From: a virus
Taxonomy: Duplodnaviria > Caudoviricetes
Direction: 5' to 3' (one strand)
Virus record (IMG/VR): IMGVR_UViG_3300048901_000218
Location: 1-39,171 of that record
DNA length: 39,171 nt
Shown here: positions 25,319 through 34,797 of the stretch, one piece after another
Layout of the letters: each line of letters starts with the position of its first letter
Numbering within the stretch: the first letter of the stretch is position 1
Notes under the pieces: generated by a model
Seen by the model: the letters and a program-made list of their open reading frames with translations, nothing else
Told to the model about the DNA's origin: nothing
Databases searched by the model: none
Position numbers and translations under genes: made by a program

Positions 25319-27334
25319 TCATGCAACACTTTGTTTATTTGCAACTGTTTCCTTTTCAGGATTAGCCGCGGGGCTTAAAGCATTCAAGATTTCAACCTGC
25401 TGCATCAAATGATCCAAGTCCATGCCTTTCAATTCTTTAAGCGCTTTTACGACATTGAGCAGGGACGCCGTATCTTCTTGATGAGCTCGGCGCAGCTTAT
25501 CTTGCGCTACGGCCGAATCCGTCTGTATCTTAGCGACGCGTTCCGAAGCAAGTCCCTCTTGGCTATGGGCATAAGCGACTTTCGTCATGTTGTCGACTTG
25601 CATTTGCTGCATTTGCAACTGCTCCATTTTCTGCTGTTGCTCAGAAGCGGCCTTTTGCTTAGCCATGACCTTCTCGATGATCCGATCCTTGTTCTGGATC
25701 GTCATGCACTCGAGGACTTCATCGGGAGGCATCAAATCAGGGTAGAGCTGCTGGAAGTGCAATATCTGGGCTAGCTCGAGCTGCTGCTGGCTTTCCGTGA
25801 GGGCGGCCTGAACGACCTTGCATCCGTACTTAAAGAAGATTTTACTATCAAATTCGGCCGTAGGTTCCTCGCCTATGACCTGGCGCACCTTGCCGTAAGT
25901 CCAATTTTTCTGAATGAACTCAACCTCGATATCGCTACAGAGGCGCTGCGCCGTATCGAGCTGATCGAAGAGGCGCTGCAGGTTCCTAGCCGTTGCCGCC
26001 TGGCGCATCATAGAGATAATGCCGGCCTTGTCGTCTATGTCCATGCCCATGGCGCTAGGATCGATGCCAGCGACGTTGTAGAATATGCCCTTGAGCATCT
26101 CTTCCATTTGGAGCATGACGGGCGAGGGAGGAACGATAGGCATGGCCTGAACGTCGTCCATGTTGGCATCCGTATCGAGCATAAGCACACGCCCATGGCC
26201 TTGATTGAGGGAATCGTCTGGAGTCACAAGAGCGCCTTTTTTGACCTTGAGCCCCTGCTGCTGAGCATCCAAAATCTCAAGATTTGAAACTTTTAGCCTA
26301 TTGAGGAGGTACTGGCAGTCCCGAAGCATGGTCATGGGGCTGTTGAATTTGTAGGCGTAGTAGGGCGAATCCATGTTGCAGAGGCTCATGATCGGCACAA
26401 CGGGATAGCGATCCATACCGTAGGGATTGGGCTCATCGACGATGACGCGATCGTTCAAAATGATGCTGCGTCGCACAGTAGGAACAGATTTTTTAACCAC
26501 GGCCAGCTTTCCTTTGAAGGCTTGCATGATTTCTTTGAGCTGCTCTTCGGTGCCTTGAAACTCTTGGCACTCCTCAGTTTTCTTATCCACAAGGAACTTA
26601 GCTTCTCGATTCGTGAGATACCAGTATTCATCGAAGGCAATGAGGTTGGGGAACTGGATTTGATAGACTTCAGGCATATAATAAAATTTATCATCGCGGT
26701 ACGTTCCTTTAGGAAGAGAGAGGATTTCATCCCCGAACTGGGGATATATGATCGCCGCTTCCTGGGCATCAAAAAAAGTTCTTACCCACCAGAAGCGTGC
26801 GTCGCTCATGTCGCCCTTGCGGAAATAGGGATCGAAGAGCGTCGCTTTCATGTCTATGTAGCGCCAGCGAGGATCGGGGCTTACAGGGTCTTTCGTGCTA
26901 TCTCCATAGAGATACATGAACCCGAGTCCCTGGATGATGCCACCCTGTTGAAAGGCATCGCTAAATGTCTCGTGAAACCCGCACTTGTGGTTGTGATAAA
27001 GGCATTTCGTCAGCTGATCGGCCGTCTTTTGCATGCCGTTATGAATCGGAATGACGGCGGAACTCTTTCGAGTCTGCCTCTGCTGCCCGCTGATCGCCTC
27101 GCTGATCGGGTTCATAATGTTGAAGTTCCAGATTTTGCGCCTATAGGTCGCAACGCCTGGGAATATGAGTCCCCAGACTTCCTGGTCGTTCATGGTGAAG
27201 CGTTGATTTAAATCGGCCTGATACCACTGCGTCTGGAGGATATTGATGCTGTCGGAATAATTCTTCTCCATGGCCTGGCGAAGAGAAACATTAAGGCTAT
27301 CTTCCGGCCAAAAAATCGGATCGTTATTACGCAT
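25319..27334 (-). CDS. Portal protein (P22-like)
   Basis: 671 aa; FNIMNPISEAISGQQRQ, RYPVVP, Q-rich C-terminal barrel; located between terminase and scaffold. Confidence 0.85.
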   Translation of the reverse strand: MRNNDPIFWPEDSLNVSLRQAMEKNYSDSINILQTQWYQADLNQRFTMNDQEVWGLIFPGVATYRRKIWNFNIMNPISEAISGQQRQTRKSSAVIPIHNGMQKTADQLTKCLYHNHKCGFHETFSDAFQQGGIIQGLGFMYLYGDSTKDPVSPDPRWRYIDMKATLFDPYFRKGDMSDARFWWVRTFFDAQEAAIIYPQFGDEILSLPKGTYRDDKFYYMPEVYQIQFPNLIAFDEYWYLTNREAKFLVDKKTEECQEFQGTEEQLKEIMQAFKGKLAVVKKSVPTVRRSIILNDRVIVDEPNPYGMDRYPVVPIMSLCNMDSPYYAYKFNSPMTMLRDCQYLLNRLKVSNLEILDAQQQGLKVKKGALVTPDDSLNQGHGRVLMLDTDANMDDVQAMPIVPPSPVMLQMEEMLKGIFYNVAGIDPSAMGMDIDDKAGIISMMRQAATARNLQRLFDQLDTAQRLCSDIEVEFIQKNWTYGKVRQVIGEEPTAEFDSKIFFKYGCKVVQAALTESQQQLELAQILHFQQLYPDLMPPDEVLECMTIQNKDRIIEKVMAKQKAASEQQQKMEQLQMQQMQVDNMTKVAYAHSQEGLASERVAKIQTDSAVAQDKLRRAHQEDTASLLNVVKALKELKGMDLDHLMQQVEILNALSPAANPEKETVANKQSVA

Positions 27335-27405
27335 CGCAGCCTATAGAACTTTATTAATCTCATGCTGTAGGATAAAAATTATTATAGGCAAGGAACTAAA
27401 GACCC

Positions 27406-27660
27406 ATGGAAAGAGTCCCCGTTTCAAATGACGATCTCATGGATGTCATAGAACTGACCGATAAGCTGGAACTCGCCATAGGAGAAATCCTAAACGGACA
27501 TCAAACCACACTGGCCATTTCTGCTATTATTAGTTCTAGTATTAATTGCGCACTATCTCAATGCAATACAATGCAAGAAATAATGATATATAGAGACATG
27601 TTTGTTCGGGTTATCGACGAAACAATTAAGAATGTTCACATTAAGAAAAAAGATTCTTAA
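27406..27660 (+). CDS. Hypothetical protein
   Basis: 84 aa, AAGGA RBS. Confidence 0.65.
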   Translation: MERVPVSNDDLMDVIELTDKLELAIGEILNGHQTTLAISAIISSSINCALSQCNTMQEIMIYRDMFVRVIDETIKNVHIKKKDS

Positions 27661-27789
27661 TCTATTTAATCCAGTAGAATAAAAAAAAACCCAACATCGC
27701 CCCTAGGATTACGGTTGTCAGGAGTCCGAAAAAAACGACTTTCATTATTTCACCGACAACTTTGGCGATGAGCGTCTTGGGTTCCATCA

Positions 27790-28011
27790 TTATTCACCTC
27801 TGAGCTTGGCGAGTTTTATGCGAAGCCTATCCAAGGTATCTTGAACAGTTTTGTCAACTGACCACAAATTTCCGCCATCGACATGTGTAGTCGTAAATCC
27901 CGCATCTTTAAACAAACTGTAAATTTTTTCTTTGGCTTCTTTCGAGAATTGCAGGATATCTTTGTATTTCTTTATTTCTTCCTGAACCTTCTCGATCTCA
28001 TCCTGCGACAT
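27790..28011 (-). CDS. Hypothetical protein
   Basis: AGGTG RBS; overlaps the upstream gene end. Confidence 0.6.
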   Translation of the reverse strand: MSQDEIEKVQEEIKKYKDILQFSKEAKEKIYSLFKDAGFTTTHVDGGNLWSVDKTVQDTLDRLRIKLAKLRGE

Positions 28012-28288
28012 TGATCTCACCTGACCACATGTTCAAGAGGGCTTGGTATATGTTTTTGGCGATATCCTCGCTGTCCATGTCAATCGGTTGGGTTTTGTTG
28101 TAGAAGTCGAAGAAAATGGTTTTTCCTTCCCTTCGCATGCTTGTAACGTGTTCGAAATTGATGGCGGCAGGTCTTTCACCCGCAAAATGTACGATATCCC
28201 TTTTGGTCTTCGTTTTAATCTGAGTCGGAGGTATTTGATCTTTTTTTTCGACATTTGGCGCTGTCTCTTGGATATTTTCATCTGACAT
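27998..28288 (-). CDS. Hypothetical protein
   Basis: 96 aa, GGAG RBS. Confidence 0.7.
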   Translation of the reverse strand: MSDENIQETAPNVEKKDQIPPTQIKTKTKRDIVHFAGERPAAINFEHVTSMRREGKTIFFDFYNKTQPIDMDSEDIAKNIYQALLNMWSGEINVAG

Positions 28289-28371
28289 ATTCTAGTCTCC
28301 AGCATGTTTGGCGTTTGCTTCTTTTCTGTTTGCCACAAGCATTTTTACTTGTACAGAAAAAGTTTTAATAT

Positions 28372-28572
28372 TTACTCAGAAGCCTTTACCCACTTTTGCC
28401 CGTTCTTGTCTACGAAGAAATCTTCCTGTGTTTTATCGACAGTGAAAGTGAAGAGAGGCTTTCCTAACCCTTCGCAGTAGGTAAAGGTAAAAGGATACGA
28501 AGGCTGATCGAGCCCTTCAATCAAGTCTCTGATCTGGCTGTATAGTTTGCTTTTTTGTTTGATTGGTTCCAT
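28372..28572 (-). CDS. Hypothetical protein
   Basis: 66 aa, AAGGA RBS. Confidence 0.6.
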   Translation of the reverse strand: MEPIKQKSKLYSQIRDLIEGLDQPSYPFTFTYCEGLGKPLFTFTVDKTQEDFFVDKNGQKWVKASE

Positions 28573-28868
28573 GTTGTGTTCCTTCTTGGTTTTACGAAAA
28601 GGCGCTTGATACGTCTATAGAGTTTGCGCAGTCCGCGCTTCGAGTAGGCGATAGGCCGTCTGAGGCGATATAAGGTACGACTCCATCGAGTTCCCCCTAC
28701 CAGCCAAAGGTCATCAAGAATAACGCTTCTGTTAGAAAATTTGTAAGAAATAGAGGAAAGTTGATCAAGATGTGTCTCTCCTGGCTCGGGAGGCTTATAA
28801 ACGAAATGCACTGCTCTCGTATCGTCTTCTCCTAGGAGGAACCGAACTTCTTGCGTTTCATCTTTCAT
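28521..28868 (-). CDS. Hypothetical protein
   Basis: 115 aa, AAGGA RBS. Confidence 0.55.
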   Translation of the reverse strand: MKDETQEVRFLLGEDDTRAVHFVYKPPEPGETHLDQLSSISYKFSNRSVILDDLWLVGGTRWSRTLYRLRRPIAYSKRGLRKLYRRIKRLFVKPRRNTTWNQSNKKANYTARSET

Positions 28869-28920
28869 ATAAATTCCTTTTTATGTAGCATAGCGGCCCT
28901 TTAAACCCTAGGAGGAATTC

Positions 28921-29163
28921 ATGAGCGCTTTGTCGCCAGTATCTGCAGCCACTTATTGCCCAGCAGTGGGAAGCTTTGCAAGCAGCAAGCCACTTGCCTT
29001 AACAGCCCTGGCTCTTTTGGCCTTGTCTAACATACCGAAAGCAGACGCAGGCCCTATTACGTATGCCTCCTGCATGGCGGGATGCGCTTTGATGCCCCCT
29101 CCCTTCATTCCTGCTTGTACCGTGGCATGTCTTACCGTTCTTGCAAACCCAGCCTTACCCTGA
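28921..29163 (+). CDS. Secreted Cys-rich peptide precursor, paralog 1
   Basis: AGGAGG RBS; KPLALTALALLALSNIPKADA|GPITYASCMAGC...CTVAC. Confidence 0.8.
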   Translation: MSALSPVSAATYCPAVGSFASSKPLALTALALLALSNIPKADAGPITYASCMAGCALMPPPFIPACTVACLTVLANPALP

Positions 29164-29172
29164 GAGGAAACC

Positions 29173-29523
29173 ATGGATAAAAAACGACAAAAAGCCATCC
29201 GCGATTTTATCCGAAGTGTCTATTTGATGCCTGAATGCATACATTCCTATGACCAAATGCTCGAAATTCGGGCATTGGCAGAAGGCAGGAAAATCAAGTC
29301 AGGAGCATTTAGAGATGCCGCGGAAAAAGAAATGCAAGACGATGATTTCATTGACCGGCTAAATGCAAAACTTACTTCTTTGACTACTGAAGATTTAGAG
29401 TCTTTATCTGATTTTTATAAATCAAAGGTAATGCAAAAGCTTCGCAAGGAAAAAGACGTCATTTTTTTCGGTGTAAACTTACAGGACGCTATTTATAAAA
29501 AACTTGTCGATGTCTCAATATAA
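29173..29523 (+). CDS. Hypothetical protein, DUF2059-like motif
   Basis: LTTEDLESLSDFYKSKVMQKL; GAGG RBS. Confidence 0.6.
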   Translation: MDKKRQKAIRDFIRSVYLMPECIHSYDQMLEIRALAEGRKIKSGAFRDAAEKEMQDDDFIDRLNAKLTSLTTEDLESLSDFYKSKVMQKLRKEKDVIFFGVNLQDAIYKKLVDVSI

Positions 29524-29536
29524 AAAAGGATAAATT

Positions 29537-29812
29537 ATGTCATCAATATCTGCAGTCTCACTGGGCAGCTCCCCTCTTATGGGTGGCATACCCTCAGCAA
29601 AGCCCGTTGCTTTAACCGCTCTAGCCCTCTTGGCTTTATCACAGCTGCCAAAGGCTGATGCTGGGCCTATCGCATTCACCATGTGCCAAAGTGCTTGCAT
29701 GGCCGGCCTTTCCGTGGCATTGCCAACAGGAGTAACAATCATGTTTGCGGCACCTACATACCATGCATGCAACGTAGGCTGCGCTCCGTTTCTAGCTCCA
29801 ACGTTTCCTTAG
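29537..29812 (+). CDS. Secreted Cys-rich peptide precursor, paralog 2
   Basis: KPVALTALALLALSQLPKADA|GPIAFTMCQSAC...CNVGCAPFLAPTFP. Confidence 0.8.
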   Translation: MSSISAVSLGSSPLMGGIPSAKPVALTALALLALSQLPKADAGPIAFTMCQSACMAGLSVALPTGVTIMFAAPTYHACNVGCAPFLAPTFP

Positions 29813-29828
29813 GGAAGGTTCTGCGCAG

Positions 29829-30047
29829 TCATTTTTCATCTTTCGCCAGAACCTTTAGAACGAGACTCAAAAGATTCTCGATCCTTTGATGCGAGTTGAT
29901 TAAATCCTGAAGCTGAAGCTCAAGATGGTCTAGACGCGCGATAAGGTCAAGCTTTCCTTCTTCGGTTCCATCATCGCCCTGAAGTAGGTCGCATATTTTT
30001 CCAACTTTGTATTCTAGAAGACTCAAAATTGATTGTGGTGTACTCAT
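29829..30047 (-). CDS. Small coiled-coil protein
   Basis: Leucine-heptad pattern. Confidence 0.55.
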   Translation of the reverse strand: MSTPQSILSLLEYKVGKICDLLQGDDGTEEGKLDLIARLDHLELQLQDLINSHQRIENLLSLVLKVLAKDEK

Positions 30048-30158
30048 GCTGATTTCTTTTCTTTTGGTGGTTAATGACAAGACAACACTCGTTTTCCATC
30101 TGTAATGAGAGTGGCATGCTCTTTTTTAGGCTGCAATCGCTCTTTAACGCTAATCCAT

Positions 30159-30494
30159 TCAGCCATGAGGAGCCTCCGGCAATGCCATCCAATGGGTCAC
30201 GCCTTCGCCGCTGATAAAAGACTCCGGCCATGGTTCCCAAGAGCAATACGAGGGCTCTTCCTCGGGCTGCGTGGATTCATTCCAGCCGACGATCACTTCG
30301 CCATGAACGCATAGAAGAACCGTATCCATGGCTGGAGGCGCTCCGTCTTCTACGCTGATCCATTGACCATAGAACATCGTTGCCGTAGCTCTAGAACGGC
30401 CGCAATCGGCGCATTTCCATTCGAGGTTTCGGCAGCCTCTGATTTGGCATTCGTTCATGAGTCCATCTCTTCCATAATCAAACACATCAAGCAC
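30159..30494 (-). CDS. DUF551-domain protein
   Basis: WISVEDGAP...VTHWMALPEAP signature. Confidence 0.85.
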   Translation of the reverse strand: MLDVFDYGRDGLMNECQIRGCRNLEWKCADCGRSRATATMFYGQWISVEDGAPPAMDTVLLCVHGEVIVGWNESTQPEEEPSYCSWEPWPESFISGEGVTHWMALPEAPHG

Positions 30495-30603
30495 ACGTTC
30501 CTATTTTCATCCACTCCCACAACGCAAGGATTTTTGCATTTGATGCACTCAACAAATTTATTACCTTCTGGAGGGTAAATTTCTATGATAGGGCAAGTTT
30601 CAC

Positions 30604-30807
30604 TCATGCACCGTTCCTACATATACTGATCAATAAGTCTAGAACTTCTTCTTCTGTAGAATAAGTCCTTGAAACAATCACCTCTTCCGCATTTTGAATC
30701 ATTTCACCCATGAGAAAATATCCGTTAATGCCCTGTTCAACCCAAATATGGCACAAATTATCTATATTAATAGCGCCGTTAATTTCATTTCTGACCCATC
30801 TGCTCAT
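30604..30807 (-). CDS. Hypothetical protein
   Basis: 67 aa, abuts the terminase stop. Confidence 0.65.
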   Translation of the reverse strand: MSRWVRNEINGAINIDNLCHIWVEQGINGYFLMGEMIQNAEEVIVSRTYSTEEEVLDLLISICRNGA

Positions 30808-32322
30808 TCAAACTCCATAGTATTTATTCACCGCTTTTAGATCGCTTTCTGCGCTGCTTGTATCTTTGCGCTCGAGCCCCTTAAGGCCGACGGCCAGGTA
30901 GCGGAAAGCATCTGCGGCATGGCTATGCTCGTCATGTAGCGGTGAATTTTTATAACAGCCGAGTCGGTCATCCCATATTTTTTTGTAAGCTTCGAGATGT
31001 TTAAATCCCTTGCTCGTCTTTTCCTCATCGAAGACACATCGACCCAGCATCGAGCGCACGGTTTGAATACCTTCAAGCTTGTCACACTCCTTGATATCCA
31101 GTACCGCGAACTTACCTTCGAGGAGCGGAGTAACGTGGTCAAGATATTGCGTCTTAGCTCCAAGGTCTCTCTTTCTTGCATCATGAGGGAAGATATGACG
31201 CCCAAAACGGTACTTTTGACGATTAAGCCAGTCACAGTAATGAGATGCTCCTTCGTCCCAGTTTTCATAGTAGTTGATAATTGATACACTGCCGCCTCTC
31301 CCTACTTGAAAAACCCATATAGCCGTAAAATCATCCAAGCCAATATCCCAAGCGCTATGGGCAGGAAGAGCGTCATCATAAGGAACGCGAGTAACACTTC
31401 CGCTAGCGCGTAGTTTAGCGAGCTGGTGCCCAAAATAAAGTCCTTCATTAGCACTTTCAAAAGCCTCCCTTGGCGTCGATGGGTACTCCTGCTTCATGCT
31501 GTCGCCCAGCATGCGCTGTTTCATCTCGTACCAGCGGCGCTGCTCCTCATCTAGCTTACGCTGCCTTTCAATCTCAATTTTATCAAGATATTCTTGCGTT
31601 TCTTTGCTCACAACTATAGACTCACCGGATTCTCTATATCCTGGCTCGTCATACCAGGGAAAGAAAAAGAACCGCATCTGCATCGGGGATAGTCGCATGT
31701 CATCCGGAATAAGCAATTCAGCATTCCGTGAGAAGTCGTAGAAATAGCCTTCTCTTCCTTCGGCCGTTGATTCAATAGCGATAATTTGATCTGTGGATAC
31801 TGTGTTGAGACTTCCTGTGACAATCTCCTTAGCAACGTCAGGAGATTTAGCGCAGATTTTACCGAACTCTGAAACGAGCAGTCGTTGATATGTTCCAGAG
31901 CGAAATCCAGTAGAGACGCGGTAAGAGCTTCCGTTTGCGAAAGCCAATTCTCCAGATCGATCGTTTGTCGCGCTGTTAAATGTTCGAGACCATTGGGGCA
32001 TTCGGTCATAGGCATATTTCACCTTCTTTTTAAAAATATCTTCAGCATCTTCTTTTCTATGAGCAATAATCCCTGCATGAGTATTAGCATGCCAGAAACA
32101 ATCGTCAAGAAAGTTAATTGAAAAATAAGTCGTAACGCCGAGCTGCCGAGCCTTGAGGACGAGCATTTGGTGCCACTCGCGTTCATAGAGTTCCTTTTGA
32201 GCCCAGTTCAGATCGAAGAGGATTTCTTCGCCTGCCTTGTTCGTGATGCAGTAAAGATTGGTCAGGCGCCAGAGCTTGTTGCAAAGCTGCTCTCTTGTTG
32301 GGATGTATTCGCTCGGTCTCAT
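30808..32322 (-). CDS. terL: Terminase large subunit
   Basis: Walker A LKARQLGVTT, Walker B LLVSE, coupling motif ESTAEG, nuclease motifs WDIG and HAADAFRY. Confidence 0.95.
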   Translation of the reverse strand: MRPSEYIPTREQLCNKLWRLTNLYCITNKAGEEILFDLNWAQKELYEREWHQMLVLKARQLGVTTYFSINFLDDCFWHANTHAGIIAHRKEDAEDIFKKKVKYAYDRMPQWSRTFNSATNDRSGELAFANGSSYRVSTGFRSGTYQRLLVSEFGKICAKSPDVAKEIVTGSLNTVSTDQIIAIESTAEGREGYFYDFSRNAELLIPDDMRLSPMQMRFFFFPWYDEPGYRESGESIVVSKETQEYLDKIEIERQRKLDEEQRRWYEMKQRMLGDSMKQEYPSTPREAFESANEGLYFGHQLAKLRASGSVTRVPYDDALPAHSAWDIGLDDFTAIWVFQVGRGGSVSIINYYENWDEGASHYCDWLNRQKYRFGRHIFPHDARKRDLGAKTQYLDHVTPLLEGKFAVLDIKECDKLEGIQTVRSMLGRCVFDEEKTSKGFKHLEAYKKIWDDRLGCYKNSPLHDEHSHAADAFRYLAVGLKGLERKDTSSAESDLKAVNKYYGV

Positions 32323-32462
32323 TGCAATAAATTGACAAAATTGTTACGCTCGGTGATTTGCATCACAAATCATCCCCGCATCAGCGGGGACTTGAGCCGA
32401 AACCCAAATTCAGTGCATCTTCTTCAACGTCTTAGCCAAGCCTTGTATCCACTTTTTAGCCA

Positions 32463-32816
32463 TTATGCCGCCTTTAGTTTCCGTAGTTCAAAAAAACCAT
32501 TGAATTCAGGATTGTTTAATATGCAAAGCCGAGCGTAATAAGGAAAATGATTGTTGCAAATCTTATAAGCTCGGTTCTTCTTTTCGATAGGGCTTTCCCA
32601 GCGCATACGCTGTATCAAGAGATGGGCTCCGATCGTTTTAAAGCCTTTATTTTTTGCCGCATAGGCGAGTCGTACGAATGTCTCGTACACCTTGGGATTA
32701 TCCCTATGGAACCGCATGAACTCGCGCCATTTCTCGGTATCCCTAGGACATATGTCCGGTATAGGGAACTCTTCTTCCGGCATTGGAAAAAGTGTTAGCT
32801 GCGTTACGCTTTTCAC
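32463..32816 (-). CDS. Conserved phage hypothetical protein
   Basis: FHRDNPKVY...RMRWE...NNHFPYYARL...FFELR. Confidence 0.75.
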   Translation of the reverse strand: MKSVTQLTLFPMPEEEFPIPDICPRDTEKWREFMRFHRDNPKVYETFVRLAYAAKNKGFKTIGAHLLIQRMRWESPIEKKNRAYKICNNHFPYYARLCILNNPEFNGFFELRKLKAA

Positions 32817-33250
32817 TTCGGCTTCCTCTTGTGCCTGTCGACTTCATTGAGGATTTCGAGGGCGAGCGCGGTAACGGTTCCATCTTGCCCTTTAATGGCG
32901 GCAGCTTTCCGAAACTGAGCCTCTTGATCGTCTTTGTCTTCTGCATCTCTTAACTCCGGATCATACATGCGTAAATAGCGGTGAGCTATGCTTTGGTTTA
33001 CGGTTCCATCGATATATCGAAGCCCTAAAAGTGCCCTAGCTCGCTCGTGATACCACTGAAATTCAGGCTTCTCCGTCATGTGTTCCCACTGCTTGCGAAC
33101 GAAGCCTTCTTCGGTATACCAATCAGAAAAACGCACTCTAAGCGGTTCGCCTTCTTTTTGCTTAGCCGAAGCCCAGCGAACGAGAGCTTTCCCTAGCTCG
33201 ATCAGTTCGGCTTTCTCTGGGATAGCTGTGCGTGGTCTTCCTGCTGGCAT
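32813..33250 (-). CDS. Putative terminase small subunit
   Basis: N-terminal PAGRPR motif, about 145 aa, upstream of terL. Confidence 0.6.
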   Translation of the reverse strand: MPAGRPRTAIPEKAELIELGKALVRWASAKQKEGEPLRVRFSDWYTEEGFVRKQWEHMTEKPEFQWYHERARALLGLRYIDGTVNQSIAHRYLRMYDPELRDAEDKDDQEAQFRKAAAIKGQDGTVTALALEILNEVDRHKRKPK

Positions 33251-33251
33251 A

Positions 33252-33437
33252 CTATTCAATCTGCAAGTGAATTTTGATCGCTATCGATTGAGGACGCCCT
33301 TGAAAGTTCTTCAAGGCGTCCTCTTTGCACTTAACGATAATCGGATCGTCCTCGGATACCGTGTACTTCTCATAAATCAAAAAGTCCTGCTTATAACTTC
33401 TAGACTCATCCTTTAGTATCACAGTAATTTCACTCAC
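33252..33437 (-). CDS. Hypothetical protein
   Basis: GGAGG RBS before GTG; 61 aa. Confidence 0.65.
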   Translation of the reverse strand: MSEITVILKDESRSYKQDFLIYEKYTVSEDDPIIVKCKEDALKNFQGRPQSIAIKIHLQIE

Positions 33438-33487
33438 AGGAGCCTCCGATCTATGAGGCTCACAGTTGTTAATAAAAATCTATTTTG

Positions 33488-34261
33488 TCAAGCACTTAAC
33501 CTGTTTTCTCTTTTTGTTTTTGATACACGATGCGTCCAGCGTTTAGATAATTCTTCGAGATTGTTATAAGCTACTCTTTCGGAATTATACTGGATGATCT
33601 TTTGGGCCATGTCTGCATGTGCTTCAATCGCGTGCAAAAGTCTTTTATGATTATATTTCTCTGAGTGTAGGAATGCCCAAAGACCTTTTTGAAACTTAGG
33701 CTTAATTGTAATCTCTTCTGTATCTGAGATAGTACATAGTGGAGTTAGCTTGGAAAGAACTTGATCCAGTTCTTCAAATTTTTTAGCCAAATCCTCCTTG
33801 TTCCCCTGCACTTGGAATTCGCCGCTCTTAAACCGTTCGGAGGCTTTATTGCTCCCATCGCAACACCCAATGACGAAAAAGAGAGAGAACCCATGTTTTT
33901 CAACGATATCAGCGACGAATTCATATTCAGGGTTTTGTTTGACCAAATGATGACATTGATGATCGCCTAAACGCCATTGAGTTCCATTTTGCAAGAGCGC
34001 AATGTGTTCTCTAGTCGTAACGAGAGCGATTTTGTAATAAATAGGAATCTGAAGCTTCTTTGCAACGGCTAGCCGATGCTGGCCGTCGAGAACCTCGCCA
34101 TGTGGAGTCACTAGAATAGGATTATCCAGGAGAAGATTATGCTTCATGATCGAATTCTCAACGATGCTTCCCCTTACTGGTCTATTCTCGGCAAGCAGGA
34201 TAAATTGCTCATAGTTAGTAGTTTCATAAATCTTTATTTCAATGAATTTATCTTTCATCAT
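33488..34261 (-). CDS. ParB/Srx-like N-terminal domain protein
   Basis: NRPV...NPILV...VLDGQHRL.VAKKL.IPI. Confidence 0.75.
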   Translation of the reverse strand: MMKDKFIEIKIYETTNYEQFILLAENRPVRGSIVENSIMKHNLLLDNPILVTPHGEVLDGQHRLAVAKKLQIPIYYKIALVTTREHIALLQNGTQWRLGDHQCHHLVKQNPEYEFVADIVEKHGFSLFFVIGCCDGSNKASERFKSGEFQVQGNKEDLAKKFEELDQVLSKLTPLCTISDTEEITIKPKFQKGLWAFLHSEKYNHKRLLHAIEAHADMAQKIIQYNSERVAYNNLEELSKRWTHRVSKTKRENRLSA

Positions 34262-34502
34262 TTGTTACCTTTGCTAATATTGTGTTTTCATCAATAACGA
34301 GGAATTTTTCTCCCTCATGGACGATTTCCGCACCGTAATGCTTCTCGAGATATACGACGTCCCCAATCTTTACCTTCGTCGCTTCGTCACCTATAGCGAG
34401 GACTGTGAATTGCGTGGGCTTCTGGCCTGTGAGGAGCAGCGATCCTTTCTTAGTCTCCTCGATCGGTCTGATTATGATTCTTTTTCCTACTGGCGTTAGC
34501 AT
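34248..34502 (-). CDS. groES: GroES-like co-chaperonin
   Basis: LTPVGKRIIIRP, VLAIG, VKIGDVV, YGAEI...FLVIDENTILAKV; AGGAG RBS. Confidence 0.85.
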   Translation of the reverse strand: MLTPVGKRIIIRPIEETKKGSLLLTGQKPTQFTVLAIGDEATKVKIGDVVYLEKHYGAEIVHEGEKFLVIDENTILAKVTNDER

Positions 34503-34602
34503 GCTTTTCTCCTGTTTGCTGTCTTGTTTTTCCGAATATTTACTTTCCCTTTACAAAATGTCCTAGGGAGCGTATATTTTTCACTTTATGAGGTTCTCCC
34601 CT

Positions 34603-34797
34603 ATGGTAAGCGCTCAGCTTGAGTTTTTTCCTCCCGATCCTATCGACTGCTTGCGCAAAGAGGTCAAGGAAAGCGGCGATAAAATCCGCAAAAGCCTTTT
34701 TGCTCGGCACGGCGAATTAGCTCGTAAATATACGGAGCTCCATGACCGCTTGGTTCACCTGGAACGACATATATGCCGAGGAAACGCTACCATGTGA
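34603..34797 (+). CDS. Small coiled-coil protein
   Basis: GAGG RBS; convergent with the RusA-like gene. Confidence 0.6.
   Translation: MVSAQLEFFPPDPIDCLRKEVKESGDKIRKSLFARHGELARKYTELHDRLVHLERHICRGNATM

Noticed and set aside
30808-32322. Further introns or inteins in terminase or portal
   Set aside because: Both frames are continuous and of normal length, with no intein motifs or stop-containing inserts seen.
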